A DNA stretch of 63,961 nucleotides, the filler included, from Atractiella rhizophila (taxonomy: Eukaryota): NCBI GenBank assembly GCA_021432655.1. It is 4 parts of 4 records of this genome, joined end to end, with 100 filler letters (N's around TTAATTAATTAA, not from the genome) between each part and the next. Parts side by side here need not be neighbours in the genome. Positions count along the whole stretch, not along the records: positions 29,038 to 53,429 come from MU271727.1; positions 53,530 to 62,530 come from MU271759.1; 2 more parts are not named here. One strand, 5' to 3'. How positions within the stretch are numbered: position 1 is the first letter of the stretch; each line of letters starts with the position of its first letter. Under the pieces are notes generated by a model. The model was not told the origin of the DNA. It searched no databases and saw only the letters and a list, made by a program, of their open reading frames with translations. A program made the position numbers and the translations under genes. Below, one piece after another: positions 45,488-59,314 of the stretch.

Positions 45488-46987
45488 TCACATGAATCCA
45501 ATGTTAATCATATGCTTCGCAAACAGAGGTCGGGAAACTGACAACCCAGCAACACACTCAACATCGGCCCTCCAGCTCTTCCACACTGCATGGTCCGTGC
45601 TGAATCCGAAAGAGGATTCATGGCCCTGCTTGGACAAGAGCTCACCGTACTTCGAGGCAACATGAACGTACTCAAGGTTTGGCAAACGTGCTCTATTACC
45701 TTCCAGCACTGACAGAAATCTTTCGAGAACGTTAAGGTCTAACTCGCGAACGAATAGGTATCGAATGGTCGATGCGAGGCGCTTTAACTCGTTCTCCGGG
45801 AAAGCCTTCTCGATCGTAAGAGAGACAAGACCGGTGCAGTGAGAAATGGCTTCTCGAACTTGAGCTGCGCCGGTAAGGGTTCGAATGGAAAGGTTCCTCA
45901 GGCTCGATTTGGCGCGGAGAATCAGATTGTACCCCTCGTTGAGACTGTAGAATTGCCGTTCGCGCCAGGTTGGTTCAGTTGCGTGGATTTCCAGACTGCG
46001 TAAGCAATTTTCTTCGATAGAGTTGCTGAAGGCAGTCGTGATCACTCCACAGTCCGTTAGTGATAAGTGCTGTAGTCGAAGCTTCCACGGCACCTCTTGA
46101 AAGTCTTCAAGGGAAATGAGAGATAAGTCTAGAACGACTAGATCGACGGAAGCGCCGACGTTGGGTATCAATGGAGCGAAACCGACTGCATGGGAACTGA
46201 AATTCGAAACGGATAAGTGTACAAGCTTCGGTAAAGGAGGCAAATGGCCCATGGAAATGTGCTCAAATCTAAGAAATTCCAATTGCTTCGAGCAGGCGGC
46301 AATAAACTCGTATGCCTGCGCATTAGGCTGCAGCAGTATTGCAGGGAGGGAGAGATGTCGAAGGCTACTGATACTCCGCTCAAAAAAATAACTGAGGTGC
46401 TGAGGGATTTCGCCGCCTGTGTCGCCATAAATGCCTATTTCGCATGTGATGTCGAGACTGATAAGGCTTGATGATAGCTGGTGCGAGTTGGGAATCCAGA
46501 CGGACTCGAAGTTCAGGGACAGATGTCGCAGGCCAACCAGGGTTGACAGCACGCCGATGGCGTAATTCGTTCCATCGGTTTGGAGGATATTGAGCGTTAG
46601 AGCGACAAGGCCATTAGCAAGAGGCTGAGGGAAAGAAAACGTGCTCCAGAACTGCCGGTCGTCTTCGTTTTCGGTATCGCAGTCAATATCTAACGCCTTG
46701 AGGTTCGGTGACATCCTGAGTACTTCGGAGGAATGCTCGATTTTGCATCTCCAATCCACGAGCAAATTTCGAAGTTGAAGACATATTCGTGGACGCTGTT
46801 TGAAGAACGAAGCTGATTTCGACGTCAACGCGATGCGTCGTCGGAAGAGGACGTCGGACAATGCTTCATGGAAAATGCGAGAAACAGTTCGAAGGGAAGC
46901 AAGGTAAGAGTTTGAGATGTCTTGATCAAGGCAGAGCTGTGTTAGAATGTAGATGAGGAGCTCCGGAGGAAGACAGTTCATAGTCAC
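45488..46987 (-). CDS. F-box / leucine-rich-repeat-like protein
   Basis: N-terminal LPPELLIYIL...LRTVSRIF F-box; repeated LxxLxL motifs; 499 aa. Confidence 0.8.
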   Translation of the reverse strand: MTMNCLPPELLIYILTQLCLDQDISNSYLASLRTVSRIFHEALSDVLFRRRIALTSKSASFFKQRPRICLQLRNLLVDWRCKIEHSSEVLRMSPNLKALDIDCDTENEDDRQFWSTFSFPQPLANGLVALTLNILQTDGTNYAIGVLSTLVGLRHLSLNFESVWIPNSHQLSSSLISLDITCEIGIYGDTGGEIPQHLSYFFERSISSLRHLSLPAILLQPNAQAYEFIAACSKQLEFLRFEHISMGHLPPLPKLVHLSVSNFSSHAVGFAPLIPNVGASVDLVVLDLSLISLEDFQEVPWKLRLQHLSLTDCGVITTAFSNSIEENCLRSLEIHATEPTWRERQFYSLNEGYNLILRAKSSLRNLSIRTLTGAAQVREAISHCTGLVSLTIEKAFPENELKRLASTIRYLFVRELDLNVLERFLSVLEGNRARLPNLEYVHVASKYGELLSKQGHESSFGFSTDHAVWKSWRADVECVAGLSVSRPLFAKHMINIGFM

Positions 46988-47402
46988 CTGGAAGGAAACA
47001 GCAGATCTATCAGTTCGACGTTCAACGATGGGATCGGCAGTGTTCGAAGGTTCTACACAATGAATTGTAATTTTCGCACTGTTATATTTATGACAGACCC
47101 ATTTGCCAGCTGCATGTGTCGCCCATATTGCCGCTTTGTCATGCAGGCTCTAAATCTACGTGAAGAACTTGATTGATGCGCCGAAACACTGCGAACTCAC
47201 GTTGTTTCCCATCGCTAACAATAACTTTCATGCATTTCCAATGCTGTCGTGGAAAGATCAAAGGGGCAGGCCTCCTGGTCGTACATGCCATCGGAGAGCC
47301 TTCGGCGACCTGCTGAGTGGTACTCCTTGTTCTTACGCAGCACAATCTTACTTACAATTACAACGCCGGTGTAACCTCTACAAAGCACAATCTCAGAACA
47401 CG

Positions 47403-47834
47403 ATGGAAGAGAACGGCACCATCACCAAAGAGCCCAACCATCTCTCCCTCCTACGCAATTTTCTTCTCACTTCAACAGTCGTGTCCTCATCCATTCCGTC
47501 CGCCAAATTCTCCCCCGAAACGTTGATAAACCTACGAGCGCAGAGGAGGGAGGTTCGACGTCACGTTGAGGAAGAGTTGGAGGAGTGGGCTGCAGAAAGA
47601 CGACTGACTGGCGCAGAGCTGAGATTGGTTGAGGATGAGAAAGTGGAAGCGTGTTTAGAGATGGAAGGGAAACTTTTGAAGCGAGACTTGGTGGAGCTAG
47701 AAGAGCGGGTCGAAGAACTTCGTCAACAGTTAGAGAGGTACGTTCTTCATTTTCAAGATGAAACTAGAGCTTATGAAGAAACAGTGTTAAAGTATCCCTT
47801 GCCAGTGGTGACTAGGAGCAGCCTGTTAGGGTAA
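47403..47834 (+). CDS. Small coiled-coil hypothetical protein
   Basis: ATG at 47403; E/R/L-rich heptads; possible terminal intron. Confidence 0.45.
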   Translation: MEENGTITKEPNHLSLLRNFLLTSTVVSSSIPSAKFSPETLINLRAQRREVRRHVEEELEEWAAERRLTGAELRLVEDEKVEACLEMEGKLLKRDLVELEERVEELRQQLERYVLHFQDETRAYEETVLKYPLPVVTRSSLLG

Positions 47835-48243
47835 TGTGCAACAGTCTGCCGTCACCTCTTGTATTTAGCCCAATCCATTGCGTTCTGCAAAGACAGTGTC
47901 AGATTCGGCCTTGTTGTACTTCTATTCCTGAAGGAAAGACGATCAAATTGAGGTCTCGGATTGGGGCTGTCGCTGACGAGACGGCTCAGATAACCCTGAG
48001 CGGATACATAATTGAAGAGCGAGAAACAACATAAGCCGTTCTAGTCCACTTCACCACACTCCCAAACCCAAACACTTGAACGGGTATCTATGAGCCAGAA
48101 ATGTGGGCCGCAGCATTCACATCTATGTTTACAAAGCCAAAATAATGGCATGAAAACATTTCGGGCCGAATTAGCAAGCAAAAAACCGACTTTGGTGACG
48201 TCGACTCGCTCCGATTTTGTTCCACCAACATTGCACACTGAGC

Positions 48244-49280
48244 ATGTCCCTCTTCGCACGCACCCCCTCCGCCCTCCGCCAGGCGCCCCTCCGTCTCGCC
48301 GTGCGGCCATCCACTGCCGCTCTCCGCGTGCGCCACTATGCAGCTCCGAGCAGCGAGCCGTCTATCCACACCCAGCTGCACGAGAAATACGACTCGCTGA
48401 CGCCAGCCTCTGAGATTTTGAAGGCGGCGAAGGGATGGTCCAAGTCGCCGGCTATGGATAGGCTCATTAAGGACTTGGAGGCCATTCCGGACTCTGAGAG
48501 GGCTCATTCGAAGGACGCGATGAGGCTCCTGCAGGAGATAGTGGAGCTTCATAACAAGGATGGAGAGCCGAGAGCGGATAGGATTGGACATATTGGCGAG
48601 ACATTCAAGAGAGGAGACTTGAGTGCGCATTTTTTTCTTCGAAAAGGGATGAAATAGCGCTGAGTATGACGACATAGTCTGGCTCATCGGCGCTCTCGCC
48701 GTGTTCGTACCAACAGCTGGTGCGTCTGCCTCTCTTCCTCTCTCTTCTCTTATCCAGTGTTCTTGTAATTAGGTTACCTCCTAAGCGCTCCCTCTGGTGC
48801 CCAACACCACCCCGCCGGCGTCGCCGAGTCCGAGAAAACCTTAGGGGACGTCCCAGAGCCAACGACTGACGTCGAGAAGGCTGCTGCACACGACGGCGAG
48901 GTGGAGGCGGCGGCGGGTAGGGGAGAACTGAAGAAGGGGACTGTACGTGTTTCCTAACCTCTGACGTTCTAGTCTACGAATGTTGACATATTTCGTTTGG
49001 TTACAGGAGGACGAGAAAGATACTCCTCCTCCGACCAGCGGAGAGAAGAAGGATACGCCTAAAATGGAGGAGAAGTCGCTTGCGAAGCAGAGCGACGAAG
49101 GACATTCCACCCCGAATACCAAGGAAGAGTCTAAGCAGCCTGGGTTTGTCTTTTATCTTCCTTTTTGTATTGCATCGACTGAAACGGATTTGTGTGGGCA
49201 GCGAGACGCAGCCTAAAGAACAGCTGAGGGAAAAGGAAGCGGAGAGGAAGGACAAAATCGCAGACAACAAGTCCAAGTAG
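48244..49280 (+). CDS. Hypothetical protein with a probable mitochondrial presequence, multi-exon
   Basis: MSLFARTPSALRQAPLRLAVRPSTAALRVRHYAA is Arg-rich and acid-free with an R-x-Y-A cleavage-like site; GTGCGT, GTACGT and GTTTGT donors. Confidence 0.55.
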
Positions 49281-49546
49281 CCATCCTTCGAAAAGGACAC
49301 TTAAAATATCTCTCTCTCGTCGGCTTTAAAGCTGTCTGGACCAATGATGAATCAAAATACATTGTTTCACATGCTTTATATCAACAGATTGTCTCCCGCC
49401 TCCATTCCTCCAGATAGTACATGAAGAACCAAACTATCTAATCCTCTCAGATCCGCAACCTATCTCTAGAAATACAGCGAACGTCAGAGACAACATGCTA
49501 CAAGTCCGTCTACACCATTCACCATTTCCCACAAGGTTAAAAACGA

Positions 49547-52500
49547 TCACTCCAACAACTCTCTCAACGCCTCATCAAACGGAGGCAGCTTGGACTTCAA
49601 GCTGTCCCTCCTACCACTCTCACTCTTCACGATAGGCTCCGGAGCGGAGCCTGCTCGACGACGTAGAGTTTGGGAGGTAGACATAGGGGAGGTACCGACG
49701 TCCTTCTCTTCGCCTCTCCGTCGGTCGTACGTCTCGATGATGGAGCGGAAAGTGAGGAAGAGGACTTCGGCGCGTGCGAGGAGGGGTTCGGGATCCATGG
49801 TCATTGCAAGCTCGTTGCAATACTGCCCAAGCGAAGCACAAAGCATCAGCTCAGCCCTTGAACGCCACGCCGAAAGAAAAAAAAAGAGCGCACCTTGAGA
49901 ATCTCGTCGAATTCGGTCAGATAGCGCATGATCACGTCCCTCTGACTCTCAATGATCGCGAGCGCAAAGAAGATGTGAAACTGTTTGGAATAATGGTCCG
50001 TCCAACACACCTCCCAGATCCTCTGCACCTGTAACCATTCGAACTCCCTCTTGAACAGGCAGAGCATCCACCGGAAGACGAAGAAGAGGTTGAGGGCACC
50101 GACGCGCTCCAGGAATCGGTAAAGTTGCGGATCCATCAGAGCGATGAGCGATTGGAGGAGCGTGAGCTGCTTCTTCATCCCACTTTGATCGCGTAGGAAG
50201 TTGGGCTTCGCTCGCTGCATGAGACCGACGAAACACCAGAAAGCGAGGGCTTCATCTCCTTCTACCACTACGTAGATGGGTGACAGGAGGTCGGACATTC
50301 CTTGAACATACCCTACACCAGTTCGTCATCAATATTGAATTTTCATCACATCACCAAGCGGGTGGAACAAAAAAGCATACCCAATTCGTCCTCATAGTAG
50401 TTGTAGGTCATCAATATCTCCTGCATCTTCCTCACATGGAAATTCGAAGTGGGATGGGCATCGGACACGCTCTCGGACCAATATTCCTTATCCTCCCCAT
50501 CATTTCCACCGTATTCTTTCGACAGCTCTTCTTCCTCCTTCGCATCGTCATCCGCCAGAAACATAGGTTGCGTGCGATCTGTACGCCTACAGTCGATCTC
50601 TACAATGGAACCATTAACTTCATTGGCGAGGAATAGGAGAAGTGGACAAACCGATTCGATGACTCTCTTCTTCAAACCTCTGGCTCTTCCTCACCTCCCT
50701 CGCAGCCTCACTATCCCCCCTCCAAACCTTCTTCAAGCGTGCATACTCTTCCCTCTTCTTCGCCAACTCCTCCGCTCTCTTCTCTCCACTCCATTCCCAC
50801 TCCCAAACACCAAGTAACGCAGGCCACACCTCCTTCCTAACCCCATCCTCGGCGTTCAAACCACGCTGGAAGATGCGCTTCCGAATCTCGGGACCTGAGA
50901 GCAGGAGGGTATGCGTCGTGCTATCTGAGAGGGAGCGGGTGTACTCAGTCAGAGAAATGGGTGTGTTGGACGCGCGAGAGGAATGATGCGGTGTGAGTTT
51001 ATAGGTCGACTGCACCACAGCCAACATCAATCGTCAGCCTGTCCATCCACAAAGGATGGGGTAGAACATGGGGGAACATACAACAAGGACTTCCCAACTC
51101 CCAACCTCTTCCTCTTCCCCCTCTCCTCCGCCTCTAACTTCCACTTCCGCCCTTCTCGCCCGCTCTCCCTCCTCCGCGACCACCCTTGCCCATTTAGCAA
51201 GATATACTTTGGCGCTATCGTAGCCGCCGACACCTGCGGTCTCCGTCCATCGACTGTATAGCTCAGGTTTGGCATGTGTCGCTGCAAGTATGGGTGGAGG
51301 GATGTGTCGCAAAACTGGTTGTGCGAGCGGGTGAGACAGCACCTGTTGTGCGGCAGACTGGGCTGCGGATCTCGCACTGTTTATCCATCCCACAATCAGT
51401 TCAGTTCCATGTCATAATTGTAATGATAAGGAGACCATACGTACTTCTTTGTGATCTTGGAGAATCCGCTCAGGACACCGAAGGTGAGCTGTCCCATGCT
51501 AGGACTTCTAATTCCACCCTCGCCCTCGCCTTCCGTCTCAGTCCCACTTTCCTCCCCACCATTCCTCCTCCTCCCCTGCCCCAAACTCTCATGCAAGATA
51601 CTAAGACTCTTCCCCTTCCTCCTCCTTACCGTCCCCGCACCCGCTGAGGTTCCAGGAACAGGCAAATCAATAGCGTCGTCTTCGAAAACCGGCACAGAAT
51701 GCACTTCTACATCCGCACGAGAAGGATTGACTAGGTAGAGGGAGGAGTCGAGTGCAGAGCGGAGGAGGGAGGTGCAATGTGGTCTGAGATGTGCGAGGAA
51801 CTCAGAGATCGGAGAATGGGGTTTTGCGAATGGTGACGAGCTCGAGGGACCCGATGAGGATATGGGGATCCGACTGTCTTTGGTTCCACCGGGAGTATTG
51901 GCCGTTGTTGTGGACGCTGGTCGATCGTCATGAAAGTATAAAGTTGGGAGCTCGCGTTGAGAGGAGGTGGCGGAGGGAGAAGGAGGATAGGAGTAGATGT
52001 TGCATGATGCGAACCAACTTGAGAGAGTCGGCGGGCGTAGTTGAATCGAATATACCTGAGAAAGAGGCAGGGAAAAGGCAGGTGAATTGGGACTTGAGGA
52101 TGGTGGGAGGGAGACCAGGATCGAGTTGCTGTCGATGGTCTCGGATGTAGAGAGTGTGCCAGACTGAGAAAGATCGACTGATACGTAGGTTTTGTGGTCG
52201 GATGATTGGGAAAGGAGCGACGACGGTATCCAGGATAGGAGGATGGATTCCGTCGTTCCTTCTTTCGCATCTCCCTTCAAGAAACAATCAAACACCATCC
52301 TATTTTTGCATGCCACATTGCGGAAGCAGAGAGACTCACACGTTGCACGATAGCCAACCAACCCTCGACGTTGTCCTTTAGATATGACGTTGGATGAACA
52401 AACACCGCACTCTTCGCATACAATAGCTTGCACGTCTCTTTCGGTACATTCTCGCTCTCACTCCTTTTTACCTTCCCACTGGTTTCCCCTGGTCCACCAG

Positions 52501-52657
52501 CTCCTTCTCCTTCGACGAGATTAATGTGTTCGTAAGTCTTAGAGAGAAGCGGAGAGTCGGAGGGAGAGATGGAACGACCCTTTGTGCCCCTCCGAGCTAA
52601 ACTGGGCGGAGTGGAACTCGAACTCTGATTTGAAGGAAAGCCAGTCGTTTGCTGCAT
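49547..52657 (-). CDS. GYP7: Rab GTPase-activating protein, TBC domain (Gyp7/TBC1D15-like), multi-exon
   Basis: N-terminal LLYAKSAVFVHPT...DNVEGW; VRKEVWPALLG, IDCRRTDRT (IxxDxxR), YVQGMSDL, AFWCF and FRWMLCLFKREF. Confidence 0.92.
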
Positions 52658-53429
52658 CACCGACGGTCAGAGCTCTTCTTGTTACGTGTTAAGCGGCCAA
52701 GGGAAAGGACGCACTGAACACTCATTCGATGGTCTGCCGTCTACTTTCAAGTAATCGTTCTCGCTGTCAGAATCCATTTTGCCTCCTCCCATTTCTTGTT
52801 CTGCCGGAGTCTTGTATATCTTCGTATCTTCCTCTTCCCCTTGTTAAAAGGCAACCGACTTATATCCCTCGCTCGTGGCAAGGCTGTCGGTCGTTTCGAT
52901 CCGCGAGTCAGTCTCGCTCTCCTGCGCAATCTTGGATGCGCTCGCAACAAAACGACCACGATCGAAGGGAGTTCATGCCGCGAGATTACGATGGAGATAA
53001 TTAGTGCGAAGATATTGACGTTACTGTAGTGCTAGTAGATAATGGGATGCTGAACTGGGTGCGTTATCATTGGCATTCAATATTCAACGTTCAGCTCGAG
53101 AAAGCTGTACAAAGCTGGTTGTACTTTCATGCAGGAAGATGCTGCACATGGGGTAGTGATGGATGGAAGCATCTTCAAGTACTGTACACTAGTCGTTGAG
53201 AATTTGTAGGGCGGAAGTGAATGACTTCTACTTGCTTACTCGCGGTTTTGCTTGCTATGGGACCTATCAGATTCAGGAATCGATGTAACTTCGGAGCATC
53301 CATTCAACCTGTCAACGTGGTTCTGTAGTGATCATAACCCCTTCCGTTTCTGGATTCCGAGTAGGAGGGCTTACAATAAATTTTGTGATCGCATGGACTT
53401 CTTATGTCGCCTGACTGAAAGACAAACAA

Positions 53430-53529
53430 NNNNNNNNNNNNNNNNNNNNNNNNNNNNNNNNNNNNNNNNNNNNTTAATTAATTAANNNNNNNNNNNNNNN
53501 NNNNNNNNNNNNNNNNNNNNNNNNNNNNN
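53430..53529. other. Artificial assembly spacer
   Basis: 100-bp N/TTAATTAATTAA linker. Confidence 0.98.
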
Positions 53530-56500
53530 ATCTCCTTCCATCGTGATCATGGATGTGGATGCCTCCTCGAACGCCTCCAAATAGTCATCAACTCACCAAA
53601 CCGTACCGCTCGAATGATCCAATGTAATGTACTATACACCGAACAGGCACACGTATCAATCTCGGATCTAGTCTAATGTGCCGTTCATCCCCTTCCCCTT
53701 CTTTTCTTCCTTCCTCCGTCTGATATGAGGTGATCAGACGTTATCGAGAGGACCTCAGATGTCGTAAAGCGTTCGTTAATTGGCAGACGATGACCTCAAC
53801 AAACACAAAGTGGGAACATGATACAGGCTGGCTGAGGGTGAGAACGTCGAGGGAGGTGGAAGAAGATGTGGATGTGGAAGTGGATTGCATTCACTTTTCA
53901 CAAAGCAAGATTACTCGGTAGTCACAACTCAATTGCTATCCCGTCCTATGCATACTCCTATTCTTCTTCCATTCCACCCACAACCTAGGTACAGCAATCT
54001 CACAAAAAGCAAACAGAAAAGCATAGCATCAGCACGTCCCTTTCAAACGTCAAACTCAGTCTACATGTCACCCACAAAACCGTGTCAAAATTGAAGCCAT
54101 GTCGGTTTGGTTTGTTGAGCCGAACAAGGTTGAACGCTTTTGGGCACCCACGCGTGTCTCTCACGTGTATTAGGATTTCGACGCTTTGGGACATTCAATT
54201 GAGCCATCCGAAGGGAGCAGATTTGAGCAGATCGCCTACCGGTGCCCCAATTCTTTCCTTCCTTCGCATACCTGGCATATATGAAATGAAGCAGTCTGGC
54301 GTGTCCTCCAATTACTTGCACGATATGGGCCTCAGGACGTAGCGAGGATGGAGAGGTGAGATTCACAATTGGCAGAGCAAACGTAGGCTGAGATGATGAT
54401 GATTGAAGTCCCGTCACGTGTGAGTCAGTTCTCATATTGGACCTAGGACCGGGGTGAAGTGAAGCGAGAGGAAGGATTCAAACTGGCCGTTCTCATTCCC
54501 TATTACAGTCACGGAAGCAGCAAGAAAGGGGGTAGGGGTGCTGCTCTATAATCGATACCGTCCGAGTACCACACTCCTACTTCTTAGAGCTTCGTTCTTC
54601 ATTCTTCAAGCCAAACTTCAGGTTCCAGCCGCAACGTGTGACGGATGAGTTGCAAGCTCTAGCTGCTCTGAAGTTGCGAAGCATGCAGCCCCTTCCCTTC
54701 ATGCTTCGATTCGAGCTTAGTTGTAAAGGGATCAACGTTGTTTTTCACTACGATGGTTACCGAAGCCTTTTCTTGACTTTGATTGTCTGTATTGATGGCT
54801 GTAGAGGAGGGATCGATGTGGGGTTGGAAAAGTACTGTGGAGCTCAATACTTTGGATGTCCCCTCCCAAATTTAAAAGTTGACTCGCCAGCTGTACCGAA
54901 GTGATTGCGGTAATTCCGCCCATATCAAGCTACATATCAAGGACAAGTTTCTTCCTGGTGTGACATGGGAACACGATGTTGAGAAATTCTGCCTTGTCAT
55001 TTTGATTTGGCAAGGTCAGAGATATATGATCGAAGTTATCCTTGTTGCGTCGACATCTGAGCAGTTTATCTGTTGATGCTGAAATTCATCTTCGAAATTT
55101 CGAAGTTTAGTTCTGATGTGAGATAGATGCGAGTCCTCCATTCGCGATAGACTTGTAAAGTATCGAAACTGAAGCGCCATCTGCTGCCTTATGTAACAAC
55201 ATACTGCGTGATTTAACTGGTAGGGAGATACTTTCAACTACCATCCTGTCCCTTTTTCGAATTTCGGGTCAAATTAATTCTCTTGCGGGGCCATAGAAGC
55301 AATTTCTCACACAAGTGAAGGTGAAATCGGTTGTTGACGATTATCAGATGCCTGGTTGTCTACATCTCGATCAGCCCTTGTATCTTGTTGCGTTTGCTTG
55401 TGATCAAAACAACACTGCGATAATCAAGCCGAATCTAATGAGCGTGGTATTTGGCTTTACTTCTAGCGTGAAGACCCTTGTACAATTATTAGTCTCGTTG
55501 CCCAATTTTCGTGTTCTCGGATTCCAGCGGGCGGTCGGATCTCACCTCCGCGCCACGTTTTCCTCGATCATCCAACATTCCAATTGAATCATTGTGTTTT
55601 CAAGGTTATTCCGTGAACCCAGCTTGCGGAAGAAGGCTCTGTTTGCAGCAGCCTTCGAAGAAGCATAAAAGGCGCTGACTCCGTTCTGTCCTCCCATCTT
55701 TCCCTCACTTTTGTAAGCCCTAACATTCAAGCACATCTTTCGTACCTTTACAACATCTGTTACGATACTATGTCTTTCGTCACTTTCGTCCCCAAATGTG
55801 GATCGAGCATCACCAGCTCTCCAAGGGATTATATCTACGATGGGTCGCAGAACCCTCAAATGTATCGCAAAGAAACACTCGGGCAAACATTCAAGAAGTT
55901 CATGGTACTTACTCCTGTTCTCCTTTTTCCCGCACTAAGTGATTGGGTTTGCTCTAGAGCACAAAATCTTCGCCACAGCCGAATTGGCAGAGCGCAGACT
56001 TTTATCCTCAATTGGACGAACAGCTGAGGGCCTTCTCATTCGATGAGGATGAGAAGACGTCGATGGGGAGGGGACGAGACGCGAGTTCGTCTCTGAAGAA
56101 GTAATTATTGGTGCGTTTTGTCAATTGCCCTTTGGGATGGGAAGGTTGACGCGCTTTCCCTTTGTCACAGCCGACGCACACTTTCGTCGTTCATACGCAG
56201 CGGTGGTTCACACCGTCTGCTTGATTTGAAGATAGAGTTGGGTTCAGAATGGTTCTCTCAAGCCTCGCATTCGTACCTTGTTGGCAGTCGCATCGCATCT
56301 CGTTCTTCGTTCCTCGTTCTTCAAACCTCATGTTCTCCATGCATGTCATGTCTCTATATCCTTCATAATGAGTGTACCTCATATATCCTCGCGCAATGCC
56401 TATGATATTCTGTCATCACCTCGTCCAGTTCCAGGTACCTTTGTCTCTTTCGCCGACTTAGCACCATTTGCTTACGTCCAATCGCACAAGCAAATGTTTC

Positions 56501-56876
56501 GCACTTCCTGCGGACAAGCTGTTTTACCTCTCCTTTCCTTCGGCGTCTTCGACGTTCCCTGCCGCCGTCGTGATGCGCCAAGGGTTCTCCTGAATTGCTG
56601 CAGCCTGCGGCAAATGTTGTACAGACCGTCTGACCTTTCCCTCCCTTCAATCGTGAGTGTGAGTGCTACGACACCTGCGCCGCTGCTCGCAGGCGAAATG
56701 CCGCTTCTAGGTCCATCGAATGAAGAGCCTGTGATTGGACGACAGCCGATGATCGACAGTGCGTGTGCGCGTAGTCGAGGAGAGGATGGCGTATAAAGAG
56801 AGCGTAGCTGAGGATGGATCCAAAAAAAGCTGTTTTACGCTGAAGTACACACAAGAGAGAGGTTTCGACATCCAAA

Positions 56877-58582
56877 ATGGTCAAAGCAACTTTGTTTCTG
56901 CCTATCTTTGTCATTTCACTCGCTTCTCGAGCTTTCGGTAAGTGCTGTTGCTGTCTGAGTTGTACGGGACGAACGCTGATTCTATTTTCTACCTGCTAGC
57001 CCATCCGGGAGAAGAACACGATGAGCAGTCGGAGGAGTATTTGATGCGAAGAAGCCTGTCCGTTCTCAAAGCGAGAAATTGCGATGTGCATGTCGCAAAG
57101 TTCCTGGCCGCTAGGAAGGCGAAGAGATCTTTGGACAACCTTCAAAAACGCCAAGCTACATCTACGTCTTCTGCTGCTGCTCCTCACTACACTTCTATTC
57201 AAAACGTGAGCATTCATCAAACTTGCACCCACCAGATTGCCTGAATGAGCTATCCCGATGACAGACTACTTGCATCACTTCACCAGAAGTCACAGAAGGG
57301 CCGTATTACATCAATGATGAGGTGACTGAGCTTGCTCGTTTGTAGGCTCGGGATCTGATCAGAAATATTCTTTCACCATAGCTCGTCCGTCAAGATGTGA
57401 GGGATGGTCAGGAAGGAAACGCCCTTATACTCGACATCGGAATCCTGTCTGTCGCTTCAATATCGTGGGTAGTCGGCAAAGCTGACTGAAGCCAAAGGGA
57501 CACATCGACGTGCAAGCCACTCAGCAATGCCTACGTCGAAATATGGTCCGCAAACGCTACGGGGTCATATGCTGGTAAGCAGCACTATCCCAACTCTCGC
57601 CATCTTGGATGTTGAAATGCGGCGTCAGGCTTCACTTCTGCGAATGCTGCTGGATCAGGAGGAGACGGAACACCGACTGGAGTGAATATGACGACTCCAG
57701 ACGCTGGCACGGGGACGAATACAACGGTTCCTACAAATGGCACTGCTGGAGGAGGAGCTGGTATGAGCGGATCAATGTCTGACTTCCTCACTTTTGGAAG
57801 AGGAGGATGGTTTACGGGAGAAGGAGGGGTCGTTGAAATGAGTTCGTCATTTCGCTCTTGCTCTCCACCATTGAGCTAACGGACAGTCGTGCAGCAACGA
57901 ACTTTCCTGGGTTTTATACGGGTCGAACCACGCATATCCATCTCATGGTTCGAACAGATTATGAAGTCAACGCTAATGGAACGATCAGCTCTAGAGCTGG
58001 TGCGTTATATTCTGAACTCTAGATTTCGCAACTGACTGAGAATGAGACAGGCTCGTTACACCACATTGGGCAAATGTTCTTCGACCAGACGCTTCAAGAA
58101 CAAGTGCAGTCGGAATATCCGTACAACACGACCACGCAAACTCGTACCACAAATGACAATGATAGTATCATGGCACAAGAGCAGGTGAGTTTGAAATCCA
58201 ATCGCTCACAGCACAATTAAATGCGGATGTGTATTCAGGAAAACGGTTACTCTGCTATTATTCAGACAGAATTCATTAACGGCGTGGATATCTCTGATGG
58301 CTTGTACGGCTATATAAGTAAGTCACGTCGTCTATCCATCTCCGAAATTGTGTTGATGTATGGATGCGAAAAGCTGTGGGAGTCGACTCCACGAGCGAAT
58401 ACACTGTCACTTCCAACAACTTTGCGTCCATCATTGACTCAGAAGAGCTTTCATCCGCTTCTGCCGCTTGGAACTCCATAAGTTCTGGCGTCTCGCAGGG
58501 GTCGTCGGCTCAGGAAACGAGCGGCGCAACTTCTAATTCGGCTGGCTCTCAGCGATTCGCGAAATGGTGGGATCTTCTCTAG
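56877..58582 (+). CDS. Secreted intradiol ring-cleavage dioxygenase-like protein, multi-exon
   Basis: Signal-peptide-like MVKATLFLPIFVISLASRAF, then HPGE; PEVTEGPYY, DGQEG, TSTCKPL, EIWSANATGSY, FPGFYTGRTTHIH and GQMFFDQ. Confidence 0.85.
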
Positions 58583-59314
58583 TGAAGTGAGATTGCGTCC
58601 AACGGATACACGATTGGTTGCAACGTATTTGTTATCGCAGAGTAGTGGACAATCAATGTATGAGATTGTATGTTAGGCTCAGGTTTTACGATGCTATACC
58701 GTTGAATAATTCCAAATGTCCAAAGCCTCAACGCCGTAGCGTTGCAAGCTTGACAGAGTCCGGTGCCATTCGCACTGGCCACCTCGATCGTTTGGTCTGC
58801 GCTCGTATCCTTCGCGAGTTCGACGATCGAATAGTGAAAATCTAGAAAGGAAAAGGCAACAGACGTTCAAGTCTAATCTCTTTGCAGTCCACGAGCTGGC
58901 TGTATTCATACACAACTCTCCTCTCCTCTCTCGAGCCGACACAAAGAATGGCACAGCGAAGACACCTTCTGGGAAATAGGTATAAAACTTATCATTCACA
59001 ACAAAGCAGAGAATTGTAAATCTGAAGTATCGGAGAAGCAAATCGAAGTCGAAGACGTAACAAAATGAATGACTCGGATTGGATATGGGATATGAATCTG
59101 AAATCTTCCCGTGGTATACGGGCGGATAACGGCTATATGTGGGGGTGATGGATGAGGAGTTGTGAATGGGACGTGATTACGGTGTGCTGAGAGCCGTTGG
59201 CCGGGCGAGATAAGGAGGAAAGTACACAGAGGGGATCCATAGGATCTTAACTATTGATAAAGTCATACATAAGTATTTTAAATGTTGGTAGAGCTGGAAT
59301 TATACCTCACGCGA

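Noticed and set aside
53530..56100. Scattered short ORFs, possibly a minus-strand spliced gene
   Set aside because: No consistent splice path or protein motif was found.
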